This document shows, piece after piece, positions 48,858 to 62,780 of a stretch of 64,000 bases of DNA; position 1 is the first letter of the stretch; every line of letters begins with the position of its first letter. The position numbers and the translations under genes were made by a program. The stretch comes from Trichoplax sp. H2 (lineage: Eukaryota), in assembly GCA_003344405.1 (NCBI GenBank), contig NOWV01000128.1, positions 124,001 through 188,000 on the forward strand, read 5' to 3'. The notes beneath the pieces were generated by a model, which was not told where the DNA came from, did no database searches, and saw only the letters and a program-made list of their open reading frames with translations.

Positions 48858-51800
48858 TTAATAGCTACTAACAGCGTGATCAAACATAGTCAGCAGGAGT
48901 TGATTGACAGATTCCATACTTTCATCCCCAACAATCACAATATCATATAGAGCCATATAAGTATCTAACAGTTCATCCACCTTACAAAATGGGTACATTG
49001 TGGAGTTAAAAATTCTAGTAAATATGGGCGAATTTGATCCGCATAAATACATCATTAAAAAGCAATCCATTCAGAGCTTTTTACCAGCTGTATTGTTACC
49101 TGTCCATTTAAAAAGCCAATAGTGACTTTATTTCGCGAGTAATCAATGCCATCAGCCATTTGCAAATCTCCTTCTACATCACCCATTAAAATGATGTTGT
49201 CTCGTTCCTATCGATGTATAAATGCAAAAGCAATGAACTTTATCAATATATCAAAGGAGATATCGACATTTATCACATGGTATGGTTAATTCAGTTACTT
49301 TGATCCTTTCAAAATATGACGAATGATACTCTGAAGCTCGAGCCTTATTCCGTGCATGTATGATATCCCCCTGAAAACCGACAAGTAGTCCCTGTATGCA
49401 GCAATAAAACGATAAAAATATTCCTGATCAATCTCAGATACCGTGAATCCCTGTATTAGTTAAGACTTTCACTATCAATCCGGATTGAAAGCTGTTGACG
49501 AAACTTACATCATCATTAAATTTCATCATATTTGAGAGTACTTCCATATTTTTACGGAATACAGATCTCTGACGAAATCCTTCTAGGATAATATCTACTC
49601 AACAGTTAAGTAGTGATACCAGAAACGGCCAATAAAATAGCACCCCAATTGGAAAAAAATTGAATGACAAACATATACATAAAATTGTCATCTTGAAAAT
49701 ACTATACGTTGTCTATATAAAATTCCGATAGCATAACTATCACTGATTGTCAATGAATTAAACATTTACCTCCTATACCAGCAGAAAATATTAATATTGG
49801 AATGTTGTACCGATCTAAAAAGGCCATCAATTCCTCAGCTCCTTGCCTTTAATATAGTATTAGACATAATGTCATGAAAAATCAATGGATAAATGATATA
49901 AAGTATTATTCATTAAAACGTGACATCAACTTCTTTAAGTCAGCGCCTAAAATTGAAGTAGTTTTCTACCGTAAACACAAATTAGATGTTTCGATGAGTT
50001 TGGGCAGGGACTCTTTATAGATATTTGCATCAACTATCAATTTAAATACTCTTTTCCACCTATACACAATAAAGGAAATAATGTTGTTCATAGTAAGACA
50101 ATGCATTTTTCATCAGCGACAGTTTAGTATGAAGCAACTGACTTTAGAGATAAATAAAGTCCTCATGTATGCTGCAAATTCCATAAAATCTACTACAATG
50201 TAAAGGTGTTGTAATTGTTAAAGATAATACTTGCCAAATTTCCATTTGATTGGATTTCTCTTCTAAAGAATAACTGCTGTAATTATACCATAATAAGGTA
50301 TTTCAGAACGTTGTACTGTACTAATAGTTATCCAAGCTTAAAAAATTGGAATAGTCAGCCTACGAACATATCCAATGATATTTATACCTTGAAGTAAAAG
50401 TTGAAATGTACTGCATTCTTGTAGCAATAATCTATAAAGATAGCAAAAGATGATCCAAAATTTGATGATGCCTCGTTAATAATTGGACAGTTTTCGTCCA
50501 TTAGCAAATGCATGAAATGTTATTACTTTCAAAACTAACAGGATGATAATACAGCAAGCAGTTTGCTATTGCTACGGCAAAGATTGAAGTATACACCATT
50601 GTAAAATATATGATTTTGCAAACAGAAGTTTGTATAGCATTGGCACCACGTTTAACTGTCATACTGTAAGACGGTAACATGCATTAATGTTATTCTTCTA
50701 ACCTTGTCTCTAATTTCTTTGTCAATTAAAGGATTGGCATATATAACATCTACAAAGCACAGGCAATCTTAGTCCTTCAATATTAATTTACCGAACCAAT
50801 ATTTCGATTATTAACGTAATGTATAGCATTTGCATGATAAGACTATTCCCACTATAAAATCAAGAACGATAGGACAGCATAGCAATGATATCATACTCTC
50901 ATAGTTGCATATTGTTTGGTACGCAAGCATGTAGGCTCATCTTCTTACCGAAAGTTGTGGAAGTTATCTCACCATTGTGCTCAAGGCAGGTTAAAGTCCT
51001 ATCATAATCGGTAACAAACTAAAATATAGAGAGCAAGGTCAGTTACATTATAGAATATACAATAGAAATAGTACCATGAAAGACCGCATTTTACATTCTC
51101 TAGCTATTAGGAGTGGATACAAATGGCATAGTAACATAGCGGATAGAGTATTTAAGCAGTACGCACTGGTAGATTTACGTAAGCACTGTATGTGGGTCAA
51201 TAAATGATTCGTTTTCAATACTCCATTTTTTTCCATTTTACCTTATGCGAGTGCACAGTAGTGGCAGTACGTCGTAAATCACTATAATGACCATCGATTG
51301 TAGTTTGTTAAAAAAGTAATATCCATAGCATACAAACCTGAAGTTTTCTAGGTCCACCCTTAGCTATAGACTTCAATTTTGCAAGAGTGCCATCAATGAC
51401 TCTACAGTGCATCGGTGATTGCTGTAGAAGTTTCCGTAACTACACATTCAATCATTGAAATAATGATGGAAGATTTAATATGCTATAAGTTTAAATAGAT
51501 CTATCCCATTATCCATCCACAGCTATTGGAAAAAGTCGACTTAGTATAATATTATAAAGGTAAATCGAGAATGACACAGCATAATTTGTCTTGATATGCT
51601 CGTATTTGCATGTAGAGCATCTAGAAAGTCATTTATTATCTGATCATTACTTTCAGAAATATTCGTATTCGTACAATATGCGAGAGATGCTGAAAGAAGA
51701 GTTGACATTGAACAGCATCCACTGAAATGGAAAAGCAAAGCAATCAACACTTGCCTTCTAATTAATAATAATTATTATTATACGGTACTGTACAGCAAGC

Positions 51801-52698
51801 TGTGGTCAAATAAACAATTTGTTTACTGCGCTACCCTAATGTACAGTAGACGGCTTGCTATCCTATTAGTACAGTACATGCTTATTCGACTATTTGCAAT
51901 CAAAGACCGATCTGTCCTCACTATATAGCCCCTTTCGGACTCAATCACTTTACTAGCTCTATGCGTAAAACAGCCTTAGTATATCCTCTACTGGCCTCTT
52001 CAATGAGCATGAAACGTTGTTATTAACATCAGGCGCTTTAACTACAGTATTGTCGTACCGGCAAAGTAGAATCGAATGTACAAGTGTAAATCCTATAACT
52101 TGATTTATCCATAAAATAGCAAAAGCGATAATTATTAAGGGCCATGAATCGTCTAGTAAAGTTGAGCAGCAGCAAGCATCATTGCTATATTTGTTGGTGT
52201 GTTTTAGCTCTTGGCATACTGTATTCCGTCATCATGGCTAGGGGAATGCATTCATCTGTAGGAAATAAGCATTAGCCATCACCTCGCCATAGGCATATTG
52301 TATATTGTAAAGGAATAGCTGATTGATTGCGAGTGCGATCAAAATAGTTCATCAGTCTACTGCTTAAGGCACCGTGTGGCAATAAAATGATTGTCATCAT
52401 AGAGTCATGAATCCATGCTAAAGGCATCATGGCTAGGGAAATGCAACCATCTGTAGGAAATAAGCAGTAGCCATCACCTTGCCATAGGCATATTGTATAT
52501 TGTATAGGAATAGCTGATTGATTGCGAGCGCGATCAAAATAGTCCCTCAGTTTACTGCTTAAAGTATAGTGTGGCAATAAAATGATTGTCATTATACAGT
52601 CATGAATCCATGCTAAACTCCTATGCAGGCATTAAGTGCATTTTCTAATGGATCATCCTAACCTGGTTGGACAAAGCAGCGGAAAGAGTTTCTGCCAT
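48858..52698 (-). CDS. NT5C3: Cytosolic 5'-nucleotidase III-like HAD hydrolase, copy B (12 exons, one GC-AG intron)
   Basis: First exon MAETLSAALSNQ|GT (52698-52663). Motifs VTDYDRTLT, EEKSNQMEIWW, FSAGIGD, LSNMMKF, MGDVEGDLQMADG, IGFLN and YDIVIVGD. Intron positions match copy A. Confidence 0.9.
52230..52615. repeat. Two-copy ~195 bp direct repeat in intron 1 of NT5C3 copy B
   Basis: CATCATGGCTAGGG...CATCTGTAGGAAATAAGCA...GTCATGAATCCATGCTAAA at ~52230 and ~52425. Confidence 0.92.
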
Positions 52699-53573
52699 GA
52701 TTCTTTTTTCTAATTCCTAGCGGCGTAGTTGCTCGTGTAGTCTCAAAGGATCGGCCGGTACTCCAAAGTTTATGACCTTTCCTTGTCCAGTACATTTATG
52801 CCGAACTTGGGAAGTTGCCGCCCACTGCGACTCCGTGAGGCTTTCCATAACACTGTCCGTAGCAGCGTTGTTGACAAAGCAATATTTCATTTTTCCAGGG
52901 CACCTTATATCTTACTGCACATCTTAAAGGCATCGAAATGGAAAGCATCGGATGCATTCATTCTTGAGTAGACCAACCACTTACTTGAACGTATACTGTT
53001 CCCTTCAACTAGTGTAAGTTAGTGGTGATGAGGTCGTTTTTTCAGTATATGATAGCTATAGTAAGAGAAGATTTTCTTTTACATCGGTGAGGTCGAGGTC
53101 ACAAGTTCATCACTGTACCTGCAGTAAAAGTGGGTGCAATACAGTAGGAAATGTTATAATTTGAGAGTGAATGGAAATGAATCTTTGTTAAAGGCATAGA
53201 AATGGACAACATCGTATGATTACGATCATCCGATTGATTTTGTAGCACTGTCGGAGTCAAAATAAGAGCTTGCTTCAGCTTCTGCAAAATTGATGCTGAT
53301 AGGTACACGTTGTAACTGTAGTAAGAGAAGATTTTCTAGGCCTTGCTCGCACCCAATACTTGACAAGTCGCTGACTGTATCTTTCATGTCCATTTGTGAT
53401 ACGTTTTTTATGATAATATAATGTAATTTTTGCAATCAAGCCATCCAATTGGATAGGGATCGATCCTTTCCTCCTCAAGCTTTGCTTATTGATCGAGGTT
53501 TACTTCAGGATTTCCATCAACAGACTGCAAGCTTCTCAGTCACGTGATCATCAGTCCGTGAAGAGAGAACAAT

Positions 53574-54470
53574 GAGTGTCATCTGAAACGCATCCGAGAC
53601 GCACCTTGGGAATGAAGCCATAGGGTTGTCCACTTGACCACGGATCGTCCGTCTTTCCGTAACCCGAGGTGATGATATCATCGAGGCGACAGTCTGCAGT
53701 TGACATCACTGATGTCAACACCAGTCTGTTCTTTCCATCCGTCCGTAAAGTAAGCCATCGAGCAGGCATAGGAGTGTCATCCGAGATGCATCTGAGACGC
53801 ACCTTGGGAATGAAGCCATAGCGTAGTAGGCTAAGGTCTCAATCTAGGCCACTATCAGTTGTCCACGTGACCACAGATCGTCCATCTTTCCGTAGCCCGA
53901 GGTGACGATGTTATCGAGTCAACAGTCTGTAGTTGACATCACTGATGTCAACACCAGTCTGTTCTTCCATCCGTCCGTAGAGTAAGCTATCGAGCAGGCA
54001 TAGAAGTGTCATCCGAGACGCATCTGAGCCGCACCTTGGGAATGAAGCCATAGCGTAGTAGGCTAAGGTCTCAATCTAGGCGACTACCAGTTGTCCACGT
54101 GACCACAGATCGTCCGTCTTTCCGTAGCCCGAGGTGATGATATCATCGAGTCGACAGTCTGTAGTTGACATTGCTGATGTCAACACCAGTCTGTTCTTTC
54201 CATCCGTCCGTAAAGTAAGCCATCGAGCAGGCATAGGAGTGAGTGTTCATCCGAGACGCATCTGAGACGCACCTTGGGAATGAAGCCTTAAAAGCGTAGT
54301 AGGCTAAGGTCTAGGCGACTACCAGTTGTCCACGTGACCACAGATCGTCCGTCTTTCCGTAACCCGAGGTGATGATGTCATCGAGTCAACAGTCTGGAAA
54401 TGACATCACTGATGTCAACACCAGTCCGTTCTTTCCATCCGTCCGTAGAGTAAGCCACCGAGCAGGCATA
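53574..54470. repeat. ~235 bp GC-richer, palindrome-rich tandem repeat, 4 copies
   Basis: Units start near 53574, 53772, 54004 and 54241. They share GCACCTTGGGAATGAAGCC, CCACGTGACC and GTTGACATCACTGATGTCAAC. Confidence 0.96.
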
Positions 54471-54928
54471 CCGTAAATAACAATTCCCTATGGGGGGGTG
54501 GGGACCATAGTGGTACAGTCGACTGTATAGTGTATCGTGTACTCGACCGTGTCCTATACTGTGCCTAGTAATCGACATCGCGACTCAAGTTGAAGGTCGT
54601 CAACGCGTCCCATCGGCCTCCATTAGTCACAATCATTTCTTCCTACCTGCCTTCTCCTTGCCCCCAAAAAAGGCCAAAATTGGCCTTAAAATTCAAGATT
54701 GAAGAATATTGATTGCATTGGTAGCATTAAGGAATATCTTGTAGTCGACTTGATCACTTGAGTCAATCTCAACCTACTGGCAGAGTAGACAATCCATCGG
54801 ATAGTGGAGTATTCCTGGCACAGCGGTGACGAAACGTCGCACTCGCCATTGGCGATCCACGGAACGTGAGCAAATTATTATTGCTAGTAAACCACTTGAA
54901 TAAGCATGATTGTATCTTATGAGTGGCC

Positions 54929-54960
54929 ATCTAAAATCATCTAAAATCATCTAAAATCAT
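54929..54960. repeat. 10-mer ATCTAAAATC repeated three times
   Basis: Direct read of the sequence. Confidence 0.85.
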
Positions 54961-56327
54961 TAGCCATTCCCTGGTAAACCGATTGCCTTCTTGTCCATTC
55001 ATTTACTCTTGATAGAAGTAATCGACTGACTATCCTCTTGCTTGACAAGGCATATCCTGGTTGTTTGGTGATCGATTGGATGCGACGATAATTAATCGAC
55101 TACTTGTTCTATTAGACCATTGGATACTAAGAAACAAGTAAGTAGGGATAGATGGTAGAGAAGAACGAGATCGTATCATACAGTAGAATAAGCTGCACAA
55201 CTACAATCATACCAATAGCAATGAGGTTACTGCATGCCTGTACAGTAGAATAGGCGAGTCGAGTTGGGAGGCGGCCAGCAGTTGTCCAACATCCAAGTTG
55301 TTGAATGCTTGTTGTATCAATCTGCCATCCAATGGGAATGCCAATCCCATCAGTGGCTAGCAATTTCATTATTGATCATACTTTACATAAGATACCACTC
55401 GTAGCTTGATAGAGTGCAGTGCAGTTCATCAACCACCGATGCATGTACTTTCGTTTTGCGTAGGGTAATGCTTGAAATACAACGCTCCTCTGAAACTCTC
55501 ATCAACTCGATACTCTGATTAACTAGACGTATGCCAAGTTTCTTCCACTGTAAACGTGATAAAAATGATTATGGATTCCTTGTTCAGTTGGAATCCACGC
55601 ACAAAGCTGATAGTCTGGTCGTATTTACCCTACATTCCTCTGAATAATGAATCCACTCAATAATCTTGCTAAATTAAATCCACGCCTAAGCTGATACACA
55701 CGTCTAGCTTATCCAACATTCCTTTCAATAATCTACTCAGCAATCTTCCGAACCTAGTAGTAGGACGAGGCGTTGCTAGCATATGAGTAGTTTCGTTGTC
55801 AATGAAATGCTAACCTGCTACACTAGGTTTTACGCCATAGTTTTCTTCATGATTATTAACTTCATAGCCGTACTAATAGACACGTACGTAAATATGGGTA
55901 ACTAGCTCCATATCGACACAGTTCACAATCCTTTTTTGATATCCAAAGACGCCCTCCATCTTCGTACAGTGCTGAATAGATCATCCTACTTTACGATCAA
56001 GTCAATCATTCGTTAATCAATAAATCTTAGTAACACACATGTAGGTATTGTTAGTTCTCTTCTGGCTTTCAATCAAACTACCGTTGGATACATTGCCTTC
56101 GATTAAATTCTTCCTAATTATAATTATCATCGACACCGCAATCGGGCAAAGAGGCTACGCATAACACCCATATTTGTATACTTCATTATACGCGTACTTA
56201 ACTCAATAATTAATCTTACCAACTTTGACGCATTTAGAGTCGAATCCTTTTGCATTTTCGTAAACAATTACTGTTTCTTCAAATCCATCATAGGCTGATC
56301 AATACGGTGGTAACAACCAACAACAAT

Positions 56328-59300
56328 ATGGCAGACAGTTGTGACAGTCAAACTGAAAGTGTTACTCCTATCAATATTTGCGATTTTTACTGGCGATCAC
56401 GACTATGCTCCAATACTTACAGACATGGTGATCCTTTGATCGAGTTTTCTATCTTATGGCCAGATAGTGCCACTTTGCAAGACTTTCTTGAAAATATAAC
56501 TATAACACAAGCAGAACTCAAGGATTTTTGTTTAATTGCTTTGCGCTGTGGCCCATTTGATGTTATCTCCTGCTTGTTGAAACGTGGATTCTTACCAAAT
56601 GGTCAACAAGAGATCTTTGGCAATTATAACTTTACTATGCTCCATGTCGCTGCTTTAGCAGGAAACCTTCCTGTCATGAAGGAATTATCGAAGCAGTATT
56701 CATCCATGAAGAGAATGAAAGATGAATTAGGTAAAATGGCATTCGTATTAATAGATGTTAACTATGACATTCAACACCCTGATCTAGATTTACTACGATA
56801 CATGTTTTATCATTGATGCTTCAGTATCTACAGTACTTGATGAGATACAAATATATTCATAGTATTTATCATCTAAAATCTGGACACTAGTTTTAGTCAT
56901 AAGCCTTGCCTGTCATGATATCGAAGCTATAGCGAGCCTACATCAACTGAATCATATTATTCATCGACATGCACATAGAGTAGATATACACCTATGGTAA
57001 ACACCAATCCGATCTAGACAAATCTATACAACACAAAGTAGACTTTCATAACTATAAATTGACGAAAGCAATCAAATCACCTGTAATCTACATAAATAGG
57101 ATTACATTTGGCATCATTATGTTGTTATTCTTAAAAGGTCGATTACCCGAAGAGATAGCCTCGATCGATTCTAAAGGATCAACTATAGTAACAGACAGGA
57201 AACGTAACGGTAAGAAAAATAAATTACGTTCACCTACTGATACTGAAATAAAAGAAATATTCCAATGGCTACGTGATCCAAATTGCTACGATGAATTCCT
57301 ATTAAAAATGCAGGTAAGTCTATAATACAATATGCTGCAAGAACTCGACATTGAATCTTTTACAAGCAATAACCATTACTGACGCAGTGGTGTACTTGTC
57401 ATGACACGATGTGGATATGATATATGCAGTGTTGTGCCTCTTGGAATCCATAACATTATTTTCCTTCGTATACTATTTCAGTTAATTGAATTGGATGTCA
57501 ATCGGATAAAAGATGAAAACGGCGATTTAATGTTGCACGTGGCTGTCACTCAAGGTAAGCATTAGTTTATGCTGTACAATATACTTTGAACTATAATTGA
57601 AGTGAATGATCTGATGAATTAAATATACGAGTAATTAACATCGACTTTAACCGTGAAATCCGAGAGTAAAGAAGCCTAACTAATTCTAAAGCTGTAATAC
57701 ATCAGTATCTTCAATTCTTGACCATGTATTGACTCCGTATGGCTGTTTAGCCTTAAGTTACTACCGAGTAATATAGCATATCTTGCACGAAGCATATTTT
57801 ATTTATTTTTATCTGTTACCAAGCTATTACCTTAGCATAGCAAATACATCTATTCTAGGAATTAGTCATATACCGTTTATTATGGCTTTGGTATACCTGC
57901 ATCATGCTTCTATTGAAGCGACCAACGAAAATGGCCTAACACCGTTATGCGTAGCTGCGAAATGTAGCCATTCAATGTTAGCCGACGTAAGTAGCCTAAA
58001 TACAGGAATATCAAATTAACATCAGAAGGAATCGTGTAACAAGATAGCATGATTACATTTCATAGTTCATCTAGACTATTAATCTTTTACATAAAGTAGT
58101 AGATACTTATCTCTTAGTGTATTGAAAGAAAAACGGCGATAAACATGATCTTTCCAATTTGTTTCAATTTATTGCTACCATATAATCATCATTATCATTT
58201 TATACATTATTTTCAATTTCTTCAAAAAGACTACCAGCTTATGAAGTTTAAAGTTCACTACTTGCTAACCTTTGTTATGTTGTCAATGTGAATACAAATT
58301 CAGTTTCCATTAGTTTGCGTACTGATTATCACTGCAAAAGTATATCAATTTGACTGACCATTATGCTCTCCCTTATTTAGATCTTGATATGTGTACTTGG
58401 TGCAAGCCCAAATACCTGTAATTCTCGAATCGGCTGGAGTCCTCTACATTATGCTGCTGCTAGAAATGATTACGATACAGCACGGTATGTATCTATGCAA
58501 AGTTCTAGCTACTTACTATTTATACTCTAGACCACATTAAAGGAATAATTAAGTGTAATTTAGTTAGGTATTGTCATAAATGCTAACTGATCCTTCTATT
58601 TACTAGATTCTTAGTCATGAGAGGCGCAGATGTAAATGTTGAAGATGAAAATGGAAGAAGACCAGATGATGTAGCCGAACGAAATGGGCTCTGTTATGCA
58701 TTATTGCAGACAGGAAGATCGAACCGTATCGAAAATTTAATCCAGAAAATTATGCAGGTAGACTAGAAAAACTGTAAACTTGCCGATTTAAAGTATACTT
58801 CCTTGAATGATATTTTATAACGAATTTCTTCACTCGCATATCATATTTGGATGATAACGAGTGAAAATCTTTATAAAAATGTTATGAATTATATTAATTA
58901 TAGGATTGCCTTCGTCAAGAAGACCTTAGGCAATCAGATTTATGCTTAACTGATGAGAATGATTGCACTCTATTGATGGTAGCAGTAAAGCAAAATAGGT
59001 AAGTGGTTACAGAAATACTTACGAATATATTCGCTTAAATTGAAACATATTACTATGTTTCAACCATCTTTCAAAGAAATGCCTAATTGTCTAACATTTA
59101 CTTAGTCTTCAAAGCATCGAAATATTAACCCGCTACAAGCATTGTCCTCTTGATGCACAGGACGGGAAGGTATGATACAATCAACCCAATAACCTATAAT
59201 TTTGTACGTCATTGTTGCATAGTGAACAAGTCCAGTTCATTGCAGTATTTTGACAAATGATAATTAACGTGCATCATAAAGCATGACATATGGTAGTACG

Positions 59301-62300
59301 TAAATATAGGAGATAGAAGAAGTATGTATATTGTTAATTTTGTATAAGCTAAAGTTAATCGTCTAGTAATACCAATGGCTATAGTATTCCTATTTAAATA
59401 CTTTTAAATTAATAATCACTAAACAATTTAAAGCGGCAATTGATAACATGCTACAATAGTAGTCTTTGCAAATAATTATCTTTGCATTCACTCTACAGAG
59501 CTATACAGTGATCTTACGTAATATTACCTTATAAGTATTGGAAAATGTAAACGCAAATACATCACTAACGCACTGATTCAGATTTATTTGTATCCAGTTT
59601 TTAAGAACTGCGCTATCACTCGCTATCATGGATGGAAATTTGGAAGTCACAAAATTACTATTAGAGTTTGTATTTATAATACCATGATGCGTACATGTTG
59701 TGCAGTAAATAATATTATTTTATAAACGTAATGAGGACGAATTAATTCGCAGAAGAAACTGTCAAGTTCGAATTGCCGATATTAGTGGATGGTTACCTTT
59801 GCATCATGCCGCATATAATGCTCATGAGGAAATTGTTTCGCTAATTTTAAGTAGCAACGACAGATTAGTGGTAAGGAGAACTTGTAGCACGTTATGTTAA
59901 TTTATTCACCATGTCCCAACGTTCCGAAGCCGTAGTACTTTCTGGTTATGCTAACGTACATTTCATTTCTGCAGGGTTTATCCAAAGCTCAACAATTATG
60001 CCAATCTACTAAGATAGGATTAATTATCACTGATGCTCAACTAAGGTAGGATCCTTTTTTCAGCATTGCCATTTCTTGTCTTACAAGGAAAACTCACCGT
60101 ATTATTTCAACGTTGATAATTATAACACGGGACAGACGGCGAAGGGAAATTGTAAAACCTATGGTCTTTGATTGTTGTACAAATGGAGATTGCGATAGAC
60201 TGTATTCTATCTTAGAAGAAGGAGACAACCTAAGCAATTATGTATGCTATACGCTATAAAAATTTTTGGGTCTATTTAATGTGTTATTGCTTATCGTAAA
60301 AAAGTGACTAGACGTATTAAATTGAACTTCCTTTTAGGTAAATTCTAACGAAAACCCGATTTTCATAGCTGCTCATAATGGTTATACAGGCATTGTTAAA
60401 ATTTTAATTGAGGTAGCAAAAAATTTAATACAAGTATTCTCTATCATTGTCTTTACCTAATATCTACATTTAGTGCTGATTCTGCGATAAGTGCATAATA
60501 TTAATTTTGCGGTTTTAGAACGGCGTGGATATTAGATGTAAAGAACCTAACAGCGACAACACCCTTTTACATATCGCTGCACAAGAAGGTCATAAGACAC
60601 TGGTAGAATTTCTAATTCCATATATTAACCCCGGCAAAAATAAACGTAAACTAGCCCCTATTGATGTCAATGCACTAAATTCGACTGGGTTCACCGCACT
60701 ACAGCTAGCAGCTGATAAAGGTTAGGCTTGTGATACTGTTATACACTGCTGACTAATTTAAAGGGCTAATGAGATTGGATGACAATTTCGTCAATCATAA
60801 ATAGGCCATCGCGAAATTCTCAGGATCTTTCTTGAAAATGGCGCATCGACGGCACTACTGGATGTAAATGGAAACCTATACTGTAGCGAATTTGACGGGT
60901 TGCAAGTTTTGATTGACAATAGCCGGAAAGAGAGAATGGAATTGTAAGTCAATACTTAATGCACGCCAACTAATTAAAAATTTAGGTGCGCAAGTGTGTT
61001 ATGTTATCTACTCTCTACAAATATGTATGCGCAAGTATAGTTCAACGTAAATTTATCTCTCACTTTTATTACTTTACCTTGGATTTTCTAATTTAATTAA
61101 TACATATGCGTATTTCATCGCTAGATTTAAAAGGTTTTGCAAGGATAAATCTGGTTTAACCAAATTACGTTCTGAATGGCTGGTAACTAATATTTAGATT
61201 ATTTACTTTTTCTTTATAACATTTTGACGACAATTCGCTGTTTTATATACTGTATATTTTCGAATGTGATTTCTGAGCAGATCCCATTTGACTATAATCT
61301 ACGGGATGAAAACGGTGACACCTTCTTAATGTACGCTGCATATTGTGGAAGACTAGACGTCATCAACTTTCTATTAGAACCAACTGTTAAAACCAAGAAT
61401 GCTGTCTTTCTGGACTTTCAAAGCGGTAGCACTACACCAGCTAGCGACGGCCAAGTAAGGGCATCCTTCTTAGCTCTATAATTAAATCGAAATATTGGAT
61501 TGTGTAGGTTTTCGGTATCAGGCAATGATGTAATACGTTAACATTTTACATTGCCAAATTATTCTTTCTTACAGCGAAGTTCACCAGGCACACCAGTTGG
61601 CCCGTATACCCCAGCCAGTTTAGGAAGAAGCCCAGAACTTAAGTTCCAACATAACGGAAAAACTGGCGGAGGGCCTGCGAGATCTCGTTCTGCGACAGAT
61701 AGCAGTATTGAAGGAGAGACCGCTAGAACTCTAGCTGCCGCAAATAATTATGAACAGATCAGTGATGCAACTATCCGTCGCCGTTTGTCATTGAGACGTA
61801 ATGATAGTGCTTTTAGCCGTTGGTCAATGGAAGACTCTAACGCTGACTCTGAATCCTACATTGAAGGGCAAAATATTGACGTTCGATTATTGCCCAGTAA
61901 CGAATTTGTTTGTGCTGTTAATCCTCGAGACGGTTATACAGCTTTACATCGTGCAGTGCAAGGCAGTGACAGTAACGTTGGTATCGTGAAAGTCTTAATT
62001 AACGCCAATAATGAATGTTTAAACATGTCTGAAAATTCAGGAAATACAGCTCTACATTTGGCTTGTCAATTACGCCGGAAAATGATAATAAAAGCACTCT
62101 TGGTAAGCCAATTACTAGTTTGACTTCCTGCTAACTGATATAGAAGTTGAATAAATTTATGGATAATCCACACTTTACTGATTGTGTAACATAATGTATT
62201 AATAATCATGTATTACTTTAACATCTATGTGCAAGCCTAACTGAAACATGTACAGCCTATTATTGTTTTTTGATAAGGGAAAAGTGATAAAAATTTTTAC

Positions 62301-62780
62301 CGCGTTTATTTCGTTAATTTTGGTAGTAGTATTGATCATAATATCGGTAGATATCAATTCGGCATCAACATCACTATATACCTAATACTGTGCCACCTCA
62401 TAGCTACAATTTTCTACTAAATAGAACTTTCGAGAGTTAGACGTCAACATTCAGAATGAAAATGGTCTCTTGGCTGACGATTTAACGGCGCTAACAGCGA
62501 CCAAGCAAAATATTAAAAAATTGCGTGATGAACGTACTGATTACCAGTAAGCTTGCAATTGACTCTTTGATAACGCATTAATTTGGTTATAATAATACTT
62601 AAATGCTTCAATGAACATTTACGTTACGTGTCATGGATAGATTTTCTATCAACAATAACCACTGAATAATTCATTGTTAGTCATAGAAAGCCGACGGATC
62701 AAGCTGATGAAGTAGCAGTCAGTAGTGATGGGACTTCTATCGATTTTGATGTTTTGAATGCTGTATTTAAGTCCCTTTAA
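56328..62780 (+). CDS. Multi-exon ankyrin-repeat protein with a Ser/Pro/Arg-rich insert
   Basis: Many ANK motifs (TMLHVAALAGN, GLTPLCVAAK, GWSPLHYAA, GWLPLHHAA, NTLLHIAAQEGH, GFTALQLAA, GYTALHRAV, GNTALHLAC) in GT-AG-joined exons. Ends ...VFKSL* at 62780. Confidence 0.88.

Noticed and set aside
52272-54578. ORFs within the 52.2 kb and 53.6 kb repeats
   Set aside because: They are repeat-derived and have no consistent frame or domain.
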